From Patescibacteria group bacterium (GTDB lineage Bacteria; Patescibacteriota; Patescibacteriia; UBA10025; JAHIVO01), in assembly GCA_028718605.1 (NCBI GenBank), contig JAQULM010000002.1, forward strand, positions 1,776 to 65,775: a stretch of DNA of 64,000 nucleotides, read 5' to 3'. A program made the translations under genes and the position numbers. The notes below the pieces were generated by a model that worked only from the letters and a program-made list of their open reading frames with translations, ran no database searches and had not been told where the DNA came from. Below, piece after piece: positions 9,216 through 19,167 of the stretch (positions within the stretch are counted from its first letter, which is position 1; each line of letters starts with the position of its first letter).

Positions 9216-12134
9216 TTACTGCTTCTTGATGCCAAAAATCACCGCGGTGCCGCCGACATCGAGAATCTTTTTGAGGTCAACGTTCGCCGGCACGCCCTCG
9301 AAGCAATCGCCGGCAATGACATCGCGGCAAAAATCGGCTTTATAGTGCTGTACGATCCCTTTAAGCTGGGTATCGGCGATCTCATAGTACACAGAGATGA
9401 CGTCAGTTACGGTCAGGCGCGCGTCTTTCCGCATCGAATTCACGTGCCGCACCAGCTCACGCACAATGCCACGTTCACGGAGCTCATCGGTGATTGTCGT
9501 ATCGAGCGAGACGGCGACGCCTGGGGCTTCAGCATGGACGAACTCGCTGCCAGTCGGCTTGCGTGATGCGAAAACAACTGCATCGACGTTCATTTCTTCC
9601 TGGATAAGCGGGAGCAGGTCCTCATCAATCTTCTCACATCTGAGGATAAATTGTGCGAGCGGTTGGCGTACTTTGATCTTGTGCTGCTTGCGGAGGCTGT
9701 GGCCGAGCTCAACGGCATGCCAGACGCGCTTCATCTGTGAAAGGAGTTTTTCGTCGATCAGTGAACGTTCGCTCGCCGGCCAATCAATGCAATGGACGCT
9801 CACCCGCGGCTTTAGCCCAACAACTTCGTTGTACAGCGCATCGGCGATAAATGGCGCGAATGGCGCGACTAATTTTGAAAATTCGACAAAGACGTACCGT
9901 AACGTTCCGAGTGCCGCATCCCTGCCATCAGCGCCTTTCTTGAACCGGTCCCGCGAACGGCGTACGTACCATGTCGAGAGATCATTGATAAACGCCCCTA
10001 CCTTCCTCCCCGCCTCGGTTATCTCGTACGAATCAAGGTGCTTGGTCACGGAACAGATGAGCTCATGCAATCGCGCGATCACCCACCGGTCAAGCACATG
10101 AGTCACCTTCGGGAGTTTAACGACGGCTGAATGGGGGCCTGCACCTGCGTGCATTTTCCAGAATGTAACGACATTCCAGAGTATCATCCAGTTTTTTCTG
10201 AACACGTCCCCGAGACTCCTTTCATCAAAAAGCTTCACGTCACCAGGCTGGTTCATGGTCAGGAGATGCCAGCGCAGGGTATCTGCGCCATAGCTATCCA
10301 TCATCTTGAACGGGTCAACGACATTGCCGCGCGACTTCGACATTTTCTTCCCCTTCGCATCCATAATGTGTGCGAGGCAAATGACATTTTTGTAGGGGGC
10401 GCCTTTCCCAAGCAATGTCGAAACGGCAAGCAGCGTATAGAACCACCCGCGTGTCTGGTCAATCGCTTCGGCAATATATTCTGCGGGAAAACTTACTTCC
10501 TCATCAATGCGTTCTTTGTTCTCAAACGGGTAGTGCCACTGGGCAAACGGCATGCACCCGGAGTCAAACCAGACGTCAACCACTTCTTTGACTCGTGTAT
10601 ATTCCTTGCCGTCTTTGACAAGGACGATCGTGTCGACGTTCGGACGATGCATATCGAAATTCTTCCCAACGGTAGATGAATCCTTTGCAAGCGCTCGCAG
10701 CTCTTCGATCGAACCGATGCATATCCGGTCGCCATCGGCTGACTCCCAGATCGGCAGCGGCGTTCCCCAGTACCGTTCGCGCGAAAACGCCCAATCCTTC
10801 ACCTCATCGAGCCACTCGCCAAACCTGCCGTGTTTGATGTACCCAGGCACCCAATTAATTTTTTCGTTGTTCTTCTTGAGCTCAGCTTTTAACGCGCTCA
10901 TTTTGATAAACCACGAGTCCTTCGCGTAATACAGCAGGGGCGTATCGCACCGCCAACAGAACGGGTAATCGTGCCGGTACAGTTCCTCCTGCAGCAGCAA
11001 GCCCTTGGTACGCAAGGAATCAACGATCTCCCGCTCAACTTTTTTATCTTTGACGAATTTCCCTGCGAGCCCGGGTACGTCATCGGTAAATAAGCCTGCC
11101 TCATCAACCGTGTGGTGTTTGGGCAGGCCGACCTGTTCACCCAAGCGATAATCATCTTCACCGTACATGACTGCTGTATGCACGATCCCGGTACCCTCGT
11201 CGGTGTTCACGAAATCAGCCGGGTACACGTGGTATGATTTCTCAGATTGTAATGCTTTAATATCAAATAGTGGTTCATACTTCAAATCAACTAGTTCTGA
11301 TCCCTTCATCTCTTTTAACACTTTGCTTTTCATCTTGAGCCTCGGGAGTGCGGCTTTTGCGAGAATGTATTCCTCCTTTTCGACTTTCACCCGCGCATAA
11401 TCGATATCAGCACCAACAGCAAGGGCAACATTACCAGGAAGCGTCCAGGGTGTGGTTGTCCAGGAGAGGATGTATGTATTGTCTTCTCCAATAACTTTAA
11501 ATTTCACGTACACCGAATTCTCCTCAACCGACTGGTACCCCTGGGCAACTTCATGAGACGACAGTGCAGTGCCGCAGCGCGGACAGTGCGGAACAACTTT
11601 ATAGCCTTTATAGAGCAATTTCTTATCCCAAATCTGTTTGATGATCCACCAGAGTGATTCGACGTACTCGTTATCATACGTAACGTACGGGTGCTCCAAA
11701 TCAAGCCAAAAACCGACGCGGCGGGTCATGTGCTCCCATTCTTTCTTGTACTTCCACACGCTCTCCTTGCACTTCTCATTGAATTTTTTGATGCCAAATT
11801 TTTCAATTTCGGGCTTGCCGGAAATCTTCAGTTCCTTCTCGACCTGCAATTCTACGGGTAGCCCGTGCGTGTCCCATCCTGCTTTGCGCTCAACAAAAAA
11901 TCCCCGCATGGTCTTGTACCGGCAGATGACGTCCTTATACGTGCGCGCGAGCACGTGGTGAATGCCGGGTTTGCCGTTCGCAGTCGGCGGCCCCTCGAAA
12001 AAAACGAACGGTTGCTTCCCTTTCGTCCTGTCGAGTGATTTTTCAAACACCCGCTCCGCATCCCAGAACGCGAGTACCTCTTTCTCCATCTGGGGGAAGT
12101 TGAACGAGCTTGTTTCTTTCTTTTCTGTATCCAT
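9216..12134 (-). CDS. ileS: Isoleucine--tRNA ligase
   Basis: PPTANGKPGIHH (HIGH-class motif), KMSKS, editing-domain length (972 aa). Confidence 0.9.
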   Translation of the reverse strand: MDTEKKETSSFNFPQMEKEVLAFWDAERVFEKSLDRTKGKQPFVFFEGPPTANGKPGIHHVLARTYKDVICRYKTMRGFFVERKAGWDTHGLPVELQVEKELKISGKPEIEKFGIKKFNEKCKESVWKYKKEWEHMTRRVGFWLDLEHPYVTYDNEYVESLWWIIKQIWDKKLLYKGYKVVPHCPRCGTALSSHEVAQGYQSVEENSVYVKFKVIGEDNTYILSWTTTPWTLPGNVALAVGADIDYARVKVEKEEYILAKAALPRLKMKSKVLKEMKGSELVDLKYEPLFDIKALQSEKSYHVYPADFVNTDEGTGIVHTAVMYGEDDYRLGEQVGLPKHHTVDEAGLFTDDVPGLAGKFVKDKKVEREIVDSLRTKGLLLQEELYRHDYPFCWRCDTPLLYYAKDSWFIKMSALKAELKKNNEKINWVPGYIKHGRFGEWLDEVKDWAFSRERYWGTPLPIWESADGDRICIGSIEELRALAKDSSTVGKNFDMHRPNVDTIVLVKDGKEYTRVKEVVDVWFDSGCMPFAQWHYPFENKERIDEEVSFPAEYIAEAIDQTRGWFYTLLAVSTLLGKGAPYKNVICLAHIMDAKGKKMSKSRGNVVDPFKMMDSYGADTLRWHLLTMNQPGDVKLFDERSLGDVFRKNWMILWNVVTFWKMHAGAGPHSAVVKLPKVTHVLDRWVIARLHELICSVTKHLDSYEITEAGRKVGAFINDLSTWYVRRSRDRFKKGADGRDAALGTLRYVFVEFSKLVAPFAPFIADALYNEVVGLKPRVSVHCIDWPASERSLIDEKLLSQMKRVWHAVELGHSLRKQHKIKVRQPLAQFILRCEKIDEDLLPLIQEEMNVDAVVFASRKPTGSEFVHAEAPGVAVSLDTTITDELRERGIVRELVRHVNSMRKDARLTVTDVISVYYEIADTQLKGIVQHYKADFCRDVIAGDCFEGVPANVDLKKILDVGGTAVIFGIKKQ

Positions 12135-12283
12135 ACAAAGTAGTTATTAGCGTACCAAAAAAAGACGCTTCACGCAAGGAGACGAGATGGAATTGATTAC
12201 TGAAAATTGGATTGACACCGCAACGCCCGCATGGTACGCTTGTGTAATTTTGAAAATAAAACGAAACAAAAAAGGAGGATGCG

Positions 12284-13123
12284 ATGGCAACATCGAGTCC
12301 GAAACACAGCCCGTTGATAAATGGACTGATCTACATACTCAGCTTCCGATGGGTAAAACGAATCCGTTTTATCCCGCCGCACGAGCGTGAATTCTACCGC
12401 CGATTTTCCGAAATCGCCGAATCCCTCGTGGAAGCGAGCAATCTTCTCATTCAGCTTGTCGAAAAGGGGCAAGCAAGCCACGATCAAATCGCGCACAGGA
12501 TCGCTCTCGTTAAACAGCATGGAAAAACAGTTCGGGACGCAATCAAAATGCTGATCAATGAAGCCCAGCAGCCCCCCTTCAACCGCTCTGATATTTCTAC
12601 GCTCACTGAGAACGCGATGAAAACAATCAAGGCGATCGACCGCGCAGCACAGCGGTTTATGCAGTACAGGGTCGAATCGGACGAGACGATGCGTAAATTC
12701 GCAGATGACATTCAAGCAGCATGCGAAGCATTCAGGCGCGCTATGAAATCACTCGACAAACGAGCCGCACGAAGGCGCATCCCGGCGTGGATTAGCGAGA
12801 TCGTACAGCTCGAAAACGATTCCGACGTGGTCTATGACCGTGCACTCTCGGGCCGGTACGCAAACATTATGGAAGACCTTGGTGCAGCGACAGAGCTGAT
12901 GGGAACAATCAAGAGCACAGCGCCCGACTCAAGCAACCAAGCGGCTGATACAAGCCTCCGAATCCAGACGCTCGAATCAGCGCTCAGCAGGCAATTTAAA
13001 CTGACCCGACACCTTGCCCTGTTCGTTGCTCGCCTCGCGCTCTACGGCATTCTCGAGGACACGCTCGATTATCTCCGGGATGCCGCCGAAACGCTCGGAA
13101 GGATGGTGGAGAACAATGCTTGA
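12284..13123 (+). CDS. DUF47 family protein (PhoU-like phosphate transport regulator partner of PiT)
   Basis: PPFNRSDISTLTENAMKTIKAIDRAA matches DUF47 core; AGGAGG 5 nt before ATG; overlaps downstream pit by 8 nt. Confidence 0.65.
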   Translation: MATSSPKHSPLINGLIYILSFRWVKRIRFIPPHEREFYRRFSEIAESLVEASNLLIQLVEKGQASHDQIAHRIALVKQHGKTVRDAIKMLINEAQQPPFNRSDISTLTENAMKTIKAIDRAAQRFMQYRVESDETMRKFADDIQAACEAFRRAMKSLDKRAARRRIPAWISEIVQLENDSDVVYDRALSGRYANIMEDLGAATELMGTIKSTAPDSSNQAADTSLRIQTLESALSRQFKLTRHLALFVARLALYGILEDTLDYLRDAAETLGRMVENNA

Positions 13124-14111
13124 ACTCTGGCCGCTCCTGCTAATAATCAGCACAGCGCTCGTGTTCAACTTTGTGAATGGGTTCCACGATGCGGCGAATG
13201 CAATCGCCACAACCGTCGAAACCCGCGCGCTCTCCCCCCGTAAGGCAATTGTGCTCGCACAAACGCTGAACTTCCTCGGTGCACTTGTGTTCACCAGGGT
13301 CGCTCAAACTTACGGCGAGGGGATCGTCAACATCCACTCTCTCACGCTGCCTGTGCTGTTCGGCGCGCTCCTCGGCGCTATCGGGTGGGGAGTCTTCACC
13401 TGGTACTTCGGCCTGCCTTCGTCGAGCACACACGCGCTCGTCGGCGGATTGCTCGGCACTGCGCTGCTTGCGAATGGGTTCAATACGAACATCATCGTAA
13501 CGTCGGGAATATACAAGATCGCCTTCGTCATGCTGTGCGCGCCGGTTGCCGGGTTCCTCGCGGGACTTCTGCTGGTAAGCGCACTGAGCTGGGCGAGCTG
13601 GAAATTCCCCCACTCAAAAACAAGCAGGTTCTTCCGCGGGCTGCAGCTCCTCTCCGCATCGTTCATGGCGTCGGTGCACGGTACCAACGATGCGCAGAAT
13701 ACGATGGGAATCATCGCTGTCGCGCTGGTTTCTGCCGGCACGATGTCAGCTTTCCACATCCCGTGGGAAGTGCGCATTTTGTCAGCCCTCGCCATGGGCT
13801 TCGGCACATCGGTTGGTGGCTGGCGCATCATGCGGACAATGGGAAAGGACGTAACGAAACTGGAGACGATCGACGGATGCGCCGCCGAGACTGGCGCCGG
13901 GCTGGTCATCCTGACCGCTTCCCTGTTCGGCATCCCGAATTCCACGACACATACGATCTCATCGGCCATCATGGGCACCGGCGCTGCCTATCGCCTGAGC
14001 AACGTGCGCTGGCGTAAAGTACGGCAAATCATCGGGAACTGGTTTATCACCATCCCCGGCGCTGCTGCATTCGCCATGCTCGCATACCTCCTGACGAGCT
14101 GGATATTCTGA
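13116..14111 (+). CDS. pit: Inorganic phosphate transporter, PiT family
   Basis: NGFHDAANAIAT and GTNDAQNTMGII signature repeats; many TM helices; start at MLELWPLL (13116). Confidence 0.85.
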   Translation: MLELWPLLLIISTALVFNFVNGFHDAANAIATTVETRALSPRKAIVLAQTLNFLGALVFTRVAQTYGEGIVNIHSLTLPVLFGALLGAIGWGVFTWYFGLPSSSTHALVGGLLGTALLANGFNTNIIVTSGIYKIAFVMLCAPVAGFLAGLLLVSALSWASWKFPHSKTSRFFRGLQLLSASFMASVHGTNDAQNTMGIIAVALVSAGTMSAFHIPWEVRILSALAMGFGTSVGGWRIMRTMGKDVTKLETIDGCAAETGAGLVILTASLFGIPNSTTHTISSAIMGTGAAYRLSNVRWRKVRQIIGNWFITIPGAAAFAMLAYLLTSWIF

Positions 14112-14136
14112 GTAGATCAACCACGTTTGATAAAAC

Positions 14137-14175
14137 GGTTCCGGACCTCCCTTGGGGGTTCGGAACTTTTATTTT
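14137..14175. terminator. Bidirectional intrinsic terminator between pit (+) and DUF167 gene (-)
   Basis: GGTTCCGGACC-tccc-ttgg-GGGTTCGGAAC hairpin followed by TTTTATTTT; A-run on the other side. Confidence 0.5.
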
Positions 14176-14190
14176 CACCAGACAACGGTT

Positions 14191-14469
14191 TTAACGGATA
14201 AAGTCCGGAAGTAAATCGGCGGAAATCGGCGCGAACACCACTTTCAGTGAACGCGTATGGCCTCTGAGCAGGCAGATGCTGCTTTTTGAAACATGAAAAA
14301 AGTCCGCGAGTACTCGCACGAGTTCTTCGTTCGCCGCTCCCCGTTCACGCTGGGCCGCTACTTTCACTTTGAGAAATTCTCCCTGCACGCCAATAACCTG
14401 GCTCTTCGCTGAACCAGCGAGAACTTTTACTGAAATCTGGACGCCTCCTTGGGCGCTGCGGTACCACAT
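14191..14469 (-). CDS. DUF167 (YggU-like) protein
   Basis: ISVKVLAGSAKSQVIGVQGEFLKVKVAAQRERGAANEELV matches the YggU/DUF167 pattern. Confidence 0.55.
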   Translation of the reverse strand: MWYRSAQGGVQISVKVLAGSAKSQVIGVQGEFLKVKVAAQRERGAANEELVRVLADFFHVSKSSICLLRGHTRSLKVVFAPISADLLPDFIR

Positions 14470-14473
14470 TGGC

Positions 14474-15622
14474 CTATCCGAGATTTGTATACAGCTTCAC
14501 AGTTTCCCGCGCGCACCGGTCCCAGGTGAATTCTGCCGCCTGTTTCCGCGCCCTCTCGATAAGCTGCGCGCGCAATTTCTTGTCCGACAGCACTTTGCGC
14601 AGGGCGATAGCAATATCGCGGTCATGTTCCGGATCAACCAGCAGCGCCCCTTTACCGGCGATTTCGGGCAGTGAGGACGTATTGCTCGTAACAACCGGCG
14701 TCCCGAGTTTCATCGCCTCCAGCACCGGCAGCCCGAAGCCTTCATAGCTCGACGGGAAAACGAAACATGCCGCGCCTTTCATCAACGCCATTTTCTGGTT
14801 ATGGGTAATGTACCCGAGGTACCGGACGTGCTTCTTCAATTTGAGCGCATTGATCTCGTCAAATATTTTTTCGTTCTCAAAATCCTTCGCGCCAGCAAGG
14901 ACCAATTGGTACTCCGAAAAACCAGGCTCCCATGAAATAAGCTGTTTGTATGCCCGTATGAGGGAGATGATGTTTTTCCGCGGCGTTAATGTGCCGACAA
15001 AGAGGATATACTTCGGGCCGAGTTTAAAGCGCTTGATATTGTCGAGCTGGCTGTTTTTAACGGGGATGCGGTCGACCATTGCACCCTCATAAATGACATG
15101 GATTTTCTTCGGAGGAACATTGAAAATATCGCGAAGGTCTCGCTTAGTGCTCTGTGAAACGGCAATTATTGCGTCAGCCTTGCGTAAACTCTGCGGTACA
15201 AGCAGCTTCGTGGAAAAAATTTGGGATGGAAACCACGACGGATTCTTGTATATCGCCAGGTCATGGACCGTCACGATCGATTTCTTCGGATACGTGAGCG
15301 GCAACGAGGTGATGGGTGAATGAAAAACATCGAGCGATTCCTTTACGAGAAAAGCGGAAATCAACATGTGCGAGTACGCAAACGGCAAAAAACGGTTATA
15401 CTGCGAGAAGGGAAAGTTTTTTACCGTAATATTTTTCTGCTCAAATTCGCGCATATCGCGGAACCGCCAGTCAAAAAACAACACATACTCATTCGCATGG
15501 TCGTGCTTCATGATGTGCTGTACGAGGTAATACGTATAATGGCCAACGCCCGCCCGCTCACCGAGCTTCGGATTGAGTGCTGTCCGGCAATCGATGCCAA
15601 TTTTCATAGGGATTGCGGTCAA
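14474..15622 (-). CDS. Glycosyltransferase family 4 (GT-B, group 1)
   Basis: C-terminal EGFGLPVLEAM motif, FVFPSSYE; 382 aa. Confidence 0.75.
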   Translation of the reverse strand: MTAIPMKIGIDCRTALNPKLGERAGVGHYTYYLVQHIMKHDHANEYVLFFDWRFRDMREFEQKNITVKNFPFSQYNRFLPFAYSHMLISAFLVKESLDVFHSPITSLPLTYPKKSIVTVHDLAIYKNPSWFPSQIFSTKLLVPQSLRKADAIIAVSQSTKRDLRDIFNVPPKKIHVIYEGAMVDRIPVKNSQLDNIKRFKLGPKYILFVGTLTPRKNIISLIRAYKQLISWEPGFSEYQLVLAGAKDFENEKIFDEINALKLKKHVRYLGYITHNQKMALMKGAACFVFPSSYEGFGLPVLEAMKLGTPVVTSNTSSLPEIAGKGALLVDPEHDRDIAIALRKVLSDKKLRAQLIERARKQAAEFTWDRCARETVKLYTNLG

Positions 15623-15624
15623 TG

Positions 15625-17268
15625 CTACATCCGTTCAGGCGCGTTGACGCCCATCGCCTTAAGTACATTCTGGAGCACGGTCTGTGTCGCCTGGATAATC
15701 GCCAATCGGCGCTCATTCACCAGTGTGCCGTTGATGACGCGGCACCGCGTATAGAAATCATGGAACTTCGTCGCGACATCAATCGCGTAGTACGGAAGTT
15801 TGTGCACCTGGTACGTCTGTGCAATATCGAGGACGTATTCAGGCCACCGTACGAGCGTCGAGAGCAAGGTGACCTCCGACGGTTCAACAATCGCGCGCGT
15901 ATCAGAGGAAGCTCGTTTCAACGTTTTTGCCTTCCTCAGTATACTACAAATCCGAGCGTGCGCATACTGTACATAGTAGACCGGATTATCCTGTGACTGT
16001 TTTTTCGCAAGGTCGAGGTCAAAATCCATATGGGTGCCAAAATCGTGCATGAGGAAGAAGAATCGCGCAGCATCAACCCCGACCTCATCGATGAGCTCGT
16101 CGAGGGTAACAAACGTCCCTGAACGTTTGGACATCTTTACTTCTTCCCCATTTCGGATCAGCCGGACGAGCTGAGCAATGATGATGTCGAGCTTGCCGGG
16201 AAATTCAAACATACGCATGACCGCCTGGAGCCGCCCGATGTACCCGTGGTGGTCTGCGCCGAGGATATCTATGACGAGGTCAAACTTACGCTTCGCAAAC
16301 TTGTTCCAGTGGTACGCAATATCGGAGAGGAAATATACCGGCTCTTCGTTCGCTTTTATAAGCACGCGGTCCTTGTCGTCACCGAACTGTTTGGTCCGAA
16401 GCCATATTGCGCCTTCCTGCTTATACAGGAGGCCCCGCGCTTTAAGCTCCCGGAGCAGCGTATCGACAGTGCCGGATGTATACAACGACTTTTCCGAGAA
16501 CCATTTGTCATAGCGGATCCCGAGGCGTTTCTCAACGAGCTTCTTGATATCCCGAAGCATCTGCGTAAGGATGCGCCCTTTGATGCGCTCACGGATTTCT
16601 TCGAGCTTCTGTGTATTGGTAAGCTTGTAATTCGGGAGAAAGAGCTTCTTGGCGAGCTCCTTGATGTACGCCCCTTGATAACAGTACTCGGGATACTCGA
16701 TCGTAATTCCTTTATTCCTCCAATATTGCCGGAGGACTGACTCCGCGAGTATTCCGATTTGGTTCCCGGTATCATTCACATAATATTCCCGCTGCACCCG
16801 GTATCCGGCAAGCTGCAGCATAGTGGCGAGCGTGTCGCCCGCAAATCCGCCACGCCCGTTGCCGATATGGAGGGGGCCGGTCGGATTTGCCGAAATGAAT
16901 TCAACTTGTACGCGTTTGCCTGTCCCGAATGTCCCGACTCCGTATTTTTTTTTCAGGCGTACAATTTCCGCAACCTGTTTCGTAAGCCATGTATCCCGCA
17001 AGAAAAAATTGATAAATCCCGGCTGGACGATTTCAATTTTTTTAAATAACGGGCTTCGTCCAAAACGCCTGGTAATCTCTTCGGCGATTTCCGAGGGCTT
17101 GCGGTGCACGATGGATGCGAGTTTCAATGCGACATTCGTCGAATAATGCCCGAAGCGTTCATCCGGCGGATATGCCACATCAATGCCAACCGTACGCTCT
17201 GAAAGCGCAGGCCACGTCTGCTGAATGATGCGTTCAATCTTCGATGCAATAGTGAATTGTACATTCAT
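15625..17268 (-). CDS. argS: Arginine--tRNA ligase
   Basis: HIGNGRG (HIGH), GADHHGYIGRL, KMSKRSG; start at MNVQFT (17268) rather than the ORF-track extension. Confidence 0.9.
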   Translation of the reverse strand: MNVQFTIASKIERIIQQTWPALSERTVGIDVAYPPDERFGHYSTNVALKLASIVHRKPSEIAEEITRRFGRSPLFKKIEIVQPGFINFFLRDTWLTKQVAEIVRLKKKYGVGTFGTGKRVQVEFISANPTGPLHIGNGRGGFAGDTLATMLQLAGYRVQREYYVNDTGNQIGILAESVLRQYWRNKGITIEYPEYCYQGAYIKELAKKLFLPNYKLTNTQKLEEIRERIKGRILTQMLRDIKKLVEKRLGIRYDKWFSEKSLYTSGTVDTLLRELKARGLLYKQEGAIWLRTKQFGDDKDRVLIKANEEPVYFLSDIAYHWNKFAKRKFDLVIDILGADHHGYIGRLQAVMRMFEFPGKLDIIIAQLVRLIRNGEEVKMSKRSGTFVTLDELIDEVGVDAARFFFLMHDFGTHMDFDLDLAKKQSQDNPVYYVQYAHARICSILRKAKTLKRASSDTRAIVEPSEVTLLSTLVRWPEYVLDIAQTYQVHKLPYYAIDVATKFHDFYTRCRVINGTLVNERRLAIIQATQTVLQNVLKAMGVNAPERM

Positions 17269-17343
17269 GATTGCAGTATACCAAAAAAAACGTTCCTGTT
17301 CGAGCTTGCGCTCTCGGTCCGTTTTACGCAATACTATAGACAC

Positions 17344-17793
17344 ATGCCGCATATAACAACAAACAAACGTGCCCTGCATGATTACCACGTCTTGAAGAAA
17401 ATCGAGACCGGTATTGTGCTGACTGGCGCTGAAGTAAAATCAGCGAAAGGCGGGCTCGTGAACCTCAAGGGAAGCTATGTGACCGTACGGAATAATGAAT
17501 TGTGGCTCCTGAACATGCACATCAGCCCCTACCCCATGGCATCAACCCAGCGGCACCACGAACCACTCCGTGACCGGAAGTTACTCTTAAAACGTGCTGA
17601 GACCGCATCGCTCATCGGCACGTTGAGCACCCAAGGCTTGACAGTACTCCCACTTTCTGTTTATACTAAGGGAGGTCTGATCAAGGTTGAGGTGGGTGTC
17701 TGCCGTGGAAAAAAGCTGTACGATAAGCGCCAAATTCTAAAAAAGCGGGAATCTGACCGTGCCCTACGCCGCGTAATGCGGCAAAAGGAGTAA
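17344..17793 (+). CDS. smpB: SsrA-binding protein
   Basis: KRALHDYHVLKKIETGIVLTGAEVKS... canonical SmpB; ATG at 17344. Confidence 0.9.
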   Translation: MPHITTNKRALHDYHVLKKIETGIVLTGAEVKSAKGGLVNLKGSYVTVRNNELWLLNMHISPYPMASTQRHHEPLRDRKLLLKRAETASLIGTLSTQGLTVLPLSVYTKGGLIKVEVGVCRGKKLYDKRQILKKRESDRALRRVMRQKE

Positions 17794-17896
17794 CGAGGAA
17801 AGCGGTACCACCAACGCCACACGAAAAAACAACCCCGAATCGACGAAGAGCAACGAGGAGAAAACATCATGCGTTGTCTCCTCATATACTCTCCGT

Positions 17897-18303
17897 GGGA
17901 GCGTTTATAATCGACAGTGGCACATTGATAAGAACTGCAAACCGTCCGGTTCTATTACCACGACGCAAAACTGATGATAGAATTCTACAAATGCCAACTC
18001 ATTTGTAAGCAAAGTGGCGAACGCAATGCGCAATGCATTCGCGCCGTCATTTGCAACCGTAGCTGCCTAAAAACCAGCTGCCATCTTGCTCCGCCACGCC
18101 TGGTACGGAGACAAGGTGCCATTTCCAGGCTCGAGGTTTCGGCGTCCTGCCACCGCGCTGATTCCTGACACAACAACTGGCGGCACGGCGTGTGCTTTTT
18201 TGTTTATTTTGAGGCGTGCGCTCGTACCCTAAATAAACTATGTTTGTAGATGTTCTTGCAACGTTCTACATGGACAGGGGTGCAATACCCCTCGCTTCCA
18301 CCA
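17897..18303 (+). ncRNA. ssrA: Transfer-messenger RNA (tmRNA, ssrA)
   Basis: Directly downstream of smpB. 5' end GGGAGCGTTTATAATCGACAGTGG resembles the tmRNA 5' acceptor/D region. It pairs with the 3' end CGCTTCC-A-CCA, which follows a T-arm (AGGGG-TGCAATA-CCCCT). An internal tag reading frame ends ...AFAPSFATVAA-TAA at 18070. Confidence 0.75.
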
Positions 18304-18324
18304 TAGCCAAAAACCAATTAATTA

Positions 18325-18885
18325 ATAATCCAAACCCCTATCAGCAGACGACGACGACCCCCTAAGCGGGTCGAAAAAAAGCGCCTCCGCGCAAACGAAT
18401 TCATCCGCGTACCGCAAGTCCGCCTGATCGACGAAACTGGTACAATTCTCGGCGTCATGGACACGTACCGTGCGATGCAGCTTGCCGAAGAACGCGGATT
18501 TGACCTCGTAGAGGTTTCACCGCTTGAACAGCCGCCGGTATGCAAAATCATGGACTACGGCGCATACCAGTACCAGCAAGAGAAAAAAGAGCGGAAGCAG
18601 AAAGCACACCAGAAAAAAATTGAGATTAAAGGCATCCGCCTTTCTATCAAAATCGGGCCACATGACCTCGATTTGCGCAAAAACCAAGCGCTCAAATTTT
18701 TAGAAAAAGGCGACAAAGTCCACATCGAGCTCATGCTCCGCGGCCGGGAACATGCCCATGCAGACCGTGCGTACCATATGATGCAGAAATTCGTAGAAAT
18801 GATCAGCGCGGAAACTACAATCAACATTGAGCAAGCGCTCGAACGCCAGGGACATGTGCTCTCAATGCTCATCGGAAGAAAATAA
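18325..18885 (+). CDS. infC: Translation initiation factor IF-3 (non-AUG start)
   Basis: Frame open from stop at 18319-18321; encodes ...RANEFIRVPQVRLIDETGTILGVMDTYRAMQLAEERGFDLVEV (IF-3 N-domain) before the ORF-track ATG at 18457, so the start must be a non-AUG codon at 18325-18340 (ATA/ATC). Confidence 0.8.
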   Translation: MIQTPISRRRRPPKRVEKKRLRANEFIRVPQVRLIDETGTILGVMDTYRAMQLAEERGFDLVEVSPLEQPPVCKIMDYGAYQYQQEKKERKQKAHQKKIEIKGIRLSIKIGPHDLDLRKNQALKFLEKGDKVHIELMLRGREHAHADRAYHMMQKFVEMISAETTINIEQALERQGHVLSMLIGRK

Positions 18886-18968
18886 TTAACGCGCAGCGAC
18901 GGCTGGGGAAGTGCACACCGCTCAACCCGCCGATATACCTGCACAATAGTTTTTTTGAACCAATATCT

Positions 18969-19166
18969 ATGCCAAAACTGAAGACACATCAAGCAACAAC
19001 GAAACGGTTCCATTTTTCTGGAAAGGGAAAAATAATGCGCCGGAAAGCCGGCCAGGACCATTTCAATTCCCGCGAATCCGGCGAGGACACGAAACGCAAA
19101 CGCCGGGATACCCAGGCTCATCGGACAGAACACAAAGCGATTAAAACAGTAACGCCATACCATTAA
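18969..19166 (+). CDS. rpmI: 50S ribosomal protein L35
   Basis: MPKLKTHQATTKRF...KRKRR typical L35. Confidence 0.85.
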   Translation: MPKLKTHQATTKRFHFSGKGKIMRRKAGQDHFNSRESGEDTKRKRRDTQAHRTEHKAIKTVTPYH

Positions 19167-19167
19167 T

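Noticed and set aside
12197-12715. 172-aa minus-strand ORF
   Set aside because: Fully antisense to the well-supported DUF47 gene (good SD, conserved motif); likely a GC-frame artefact
13140-13978. Minus-strand ORFs of 157 and 222 aa overlapping pit
   Set aside because: Antisense to a PiT gene with two canonical signature repeats; typical high-GC antisense open frames
17974-18176. ORF-track CDSs on both strands (64 aa / 63 aa) between smpB and infC
   Set aside because: They lie inside the tmRNA; no SD, mutually antisense, and the region has tRNA-like ends and a tag reading frame
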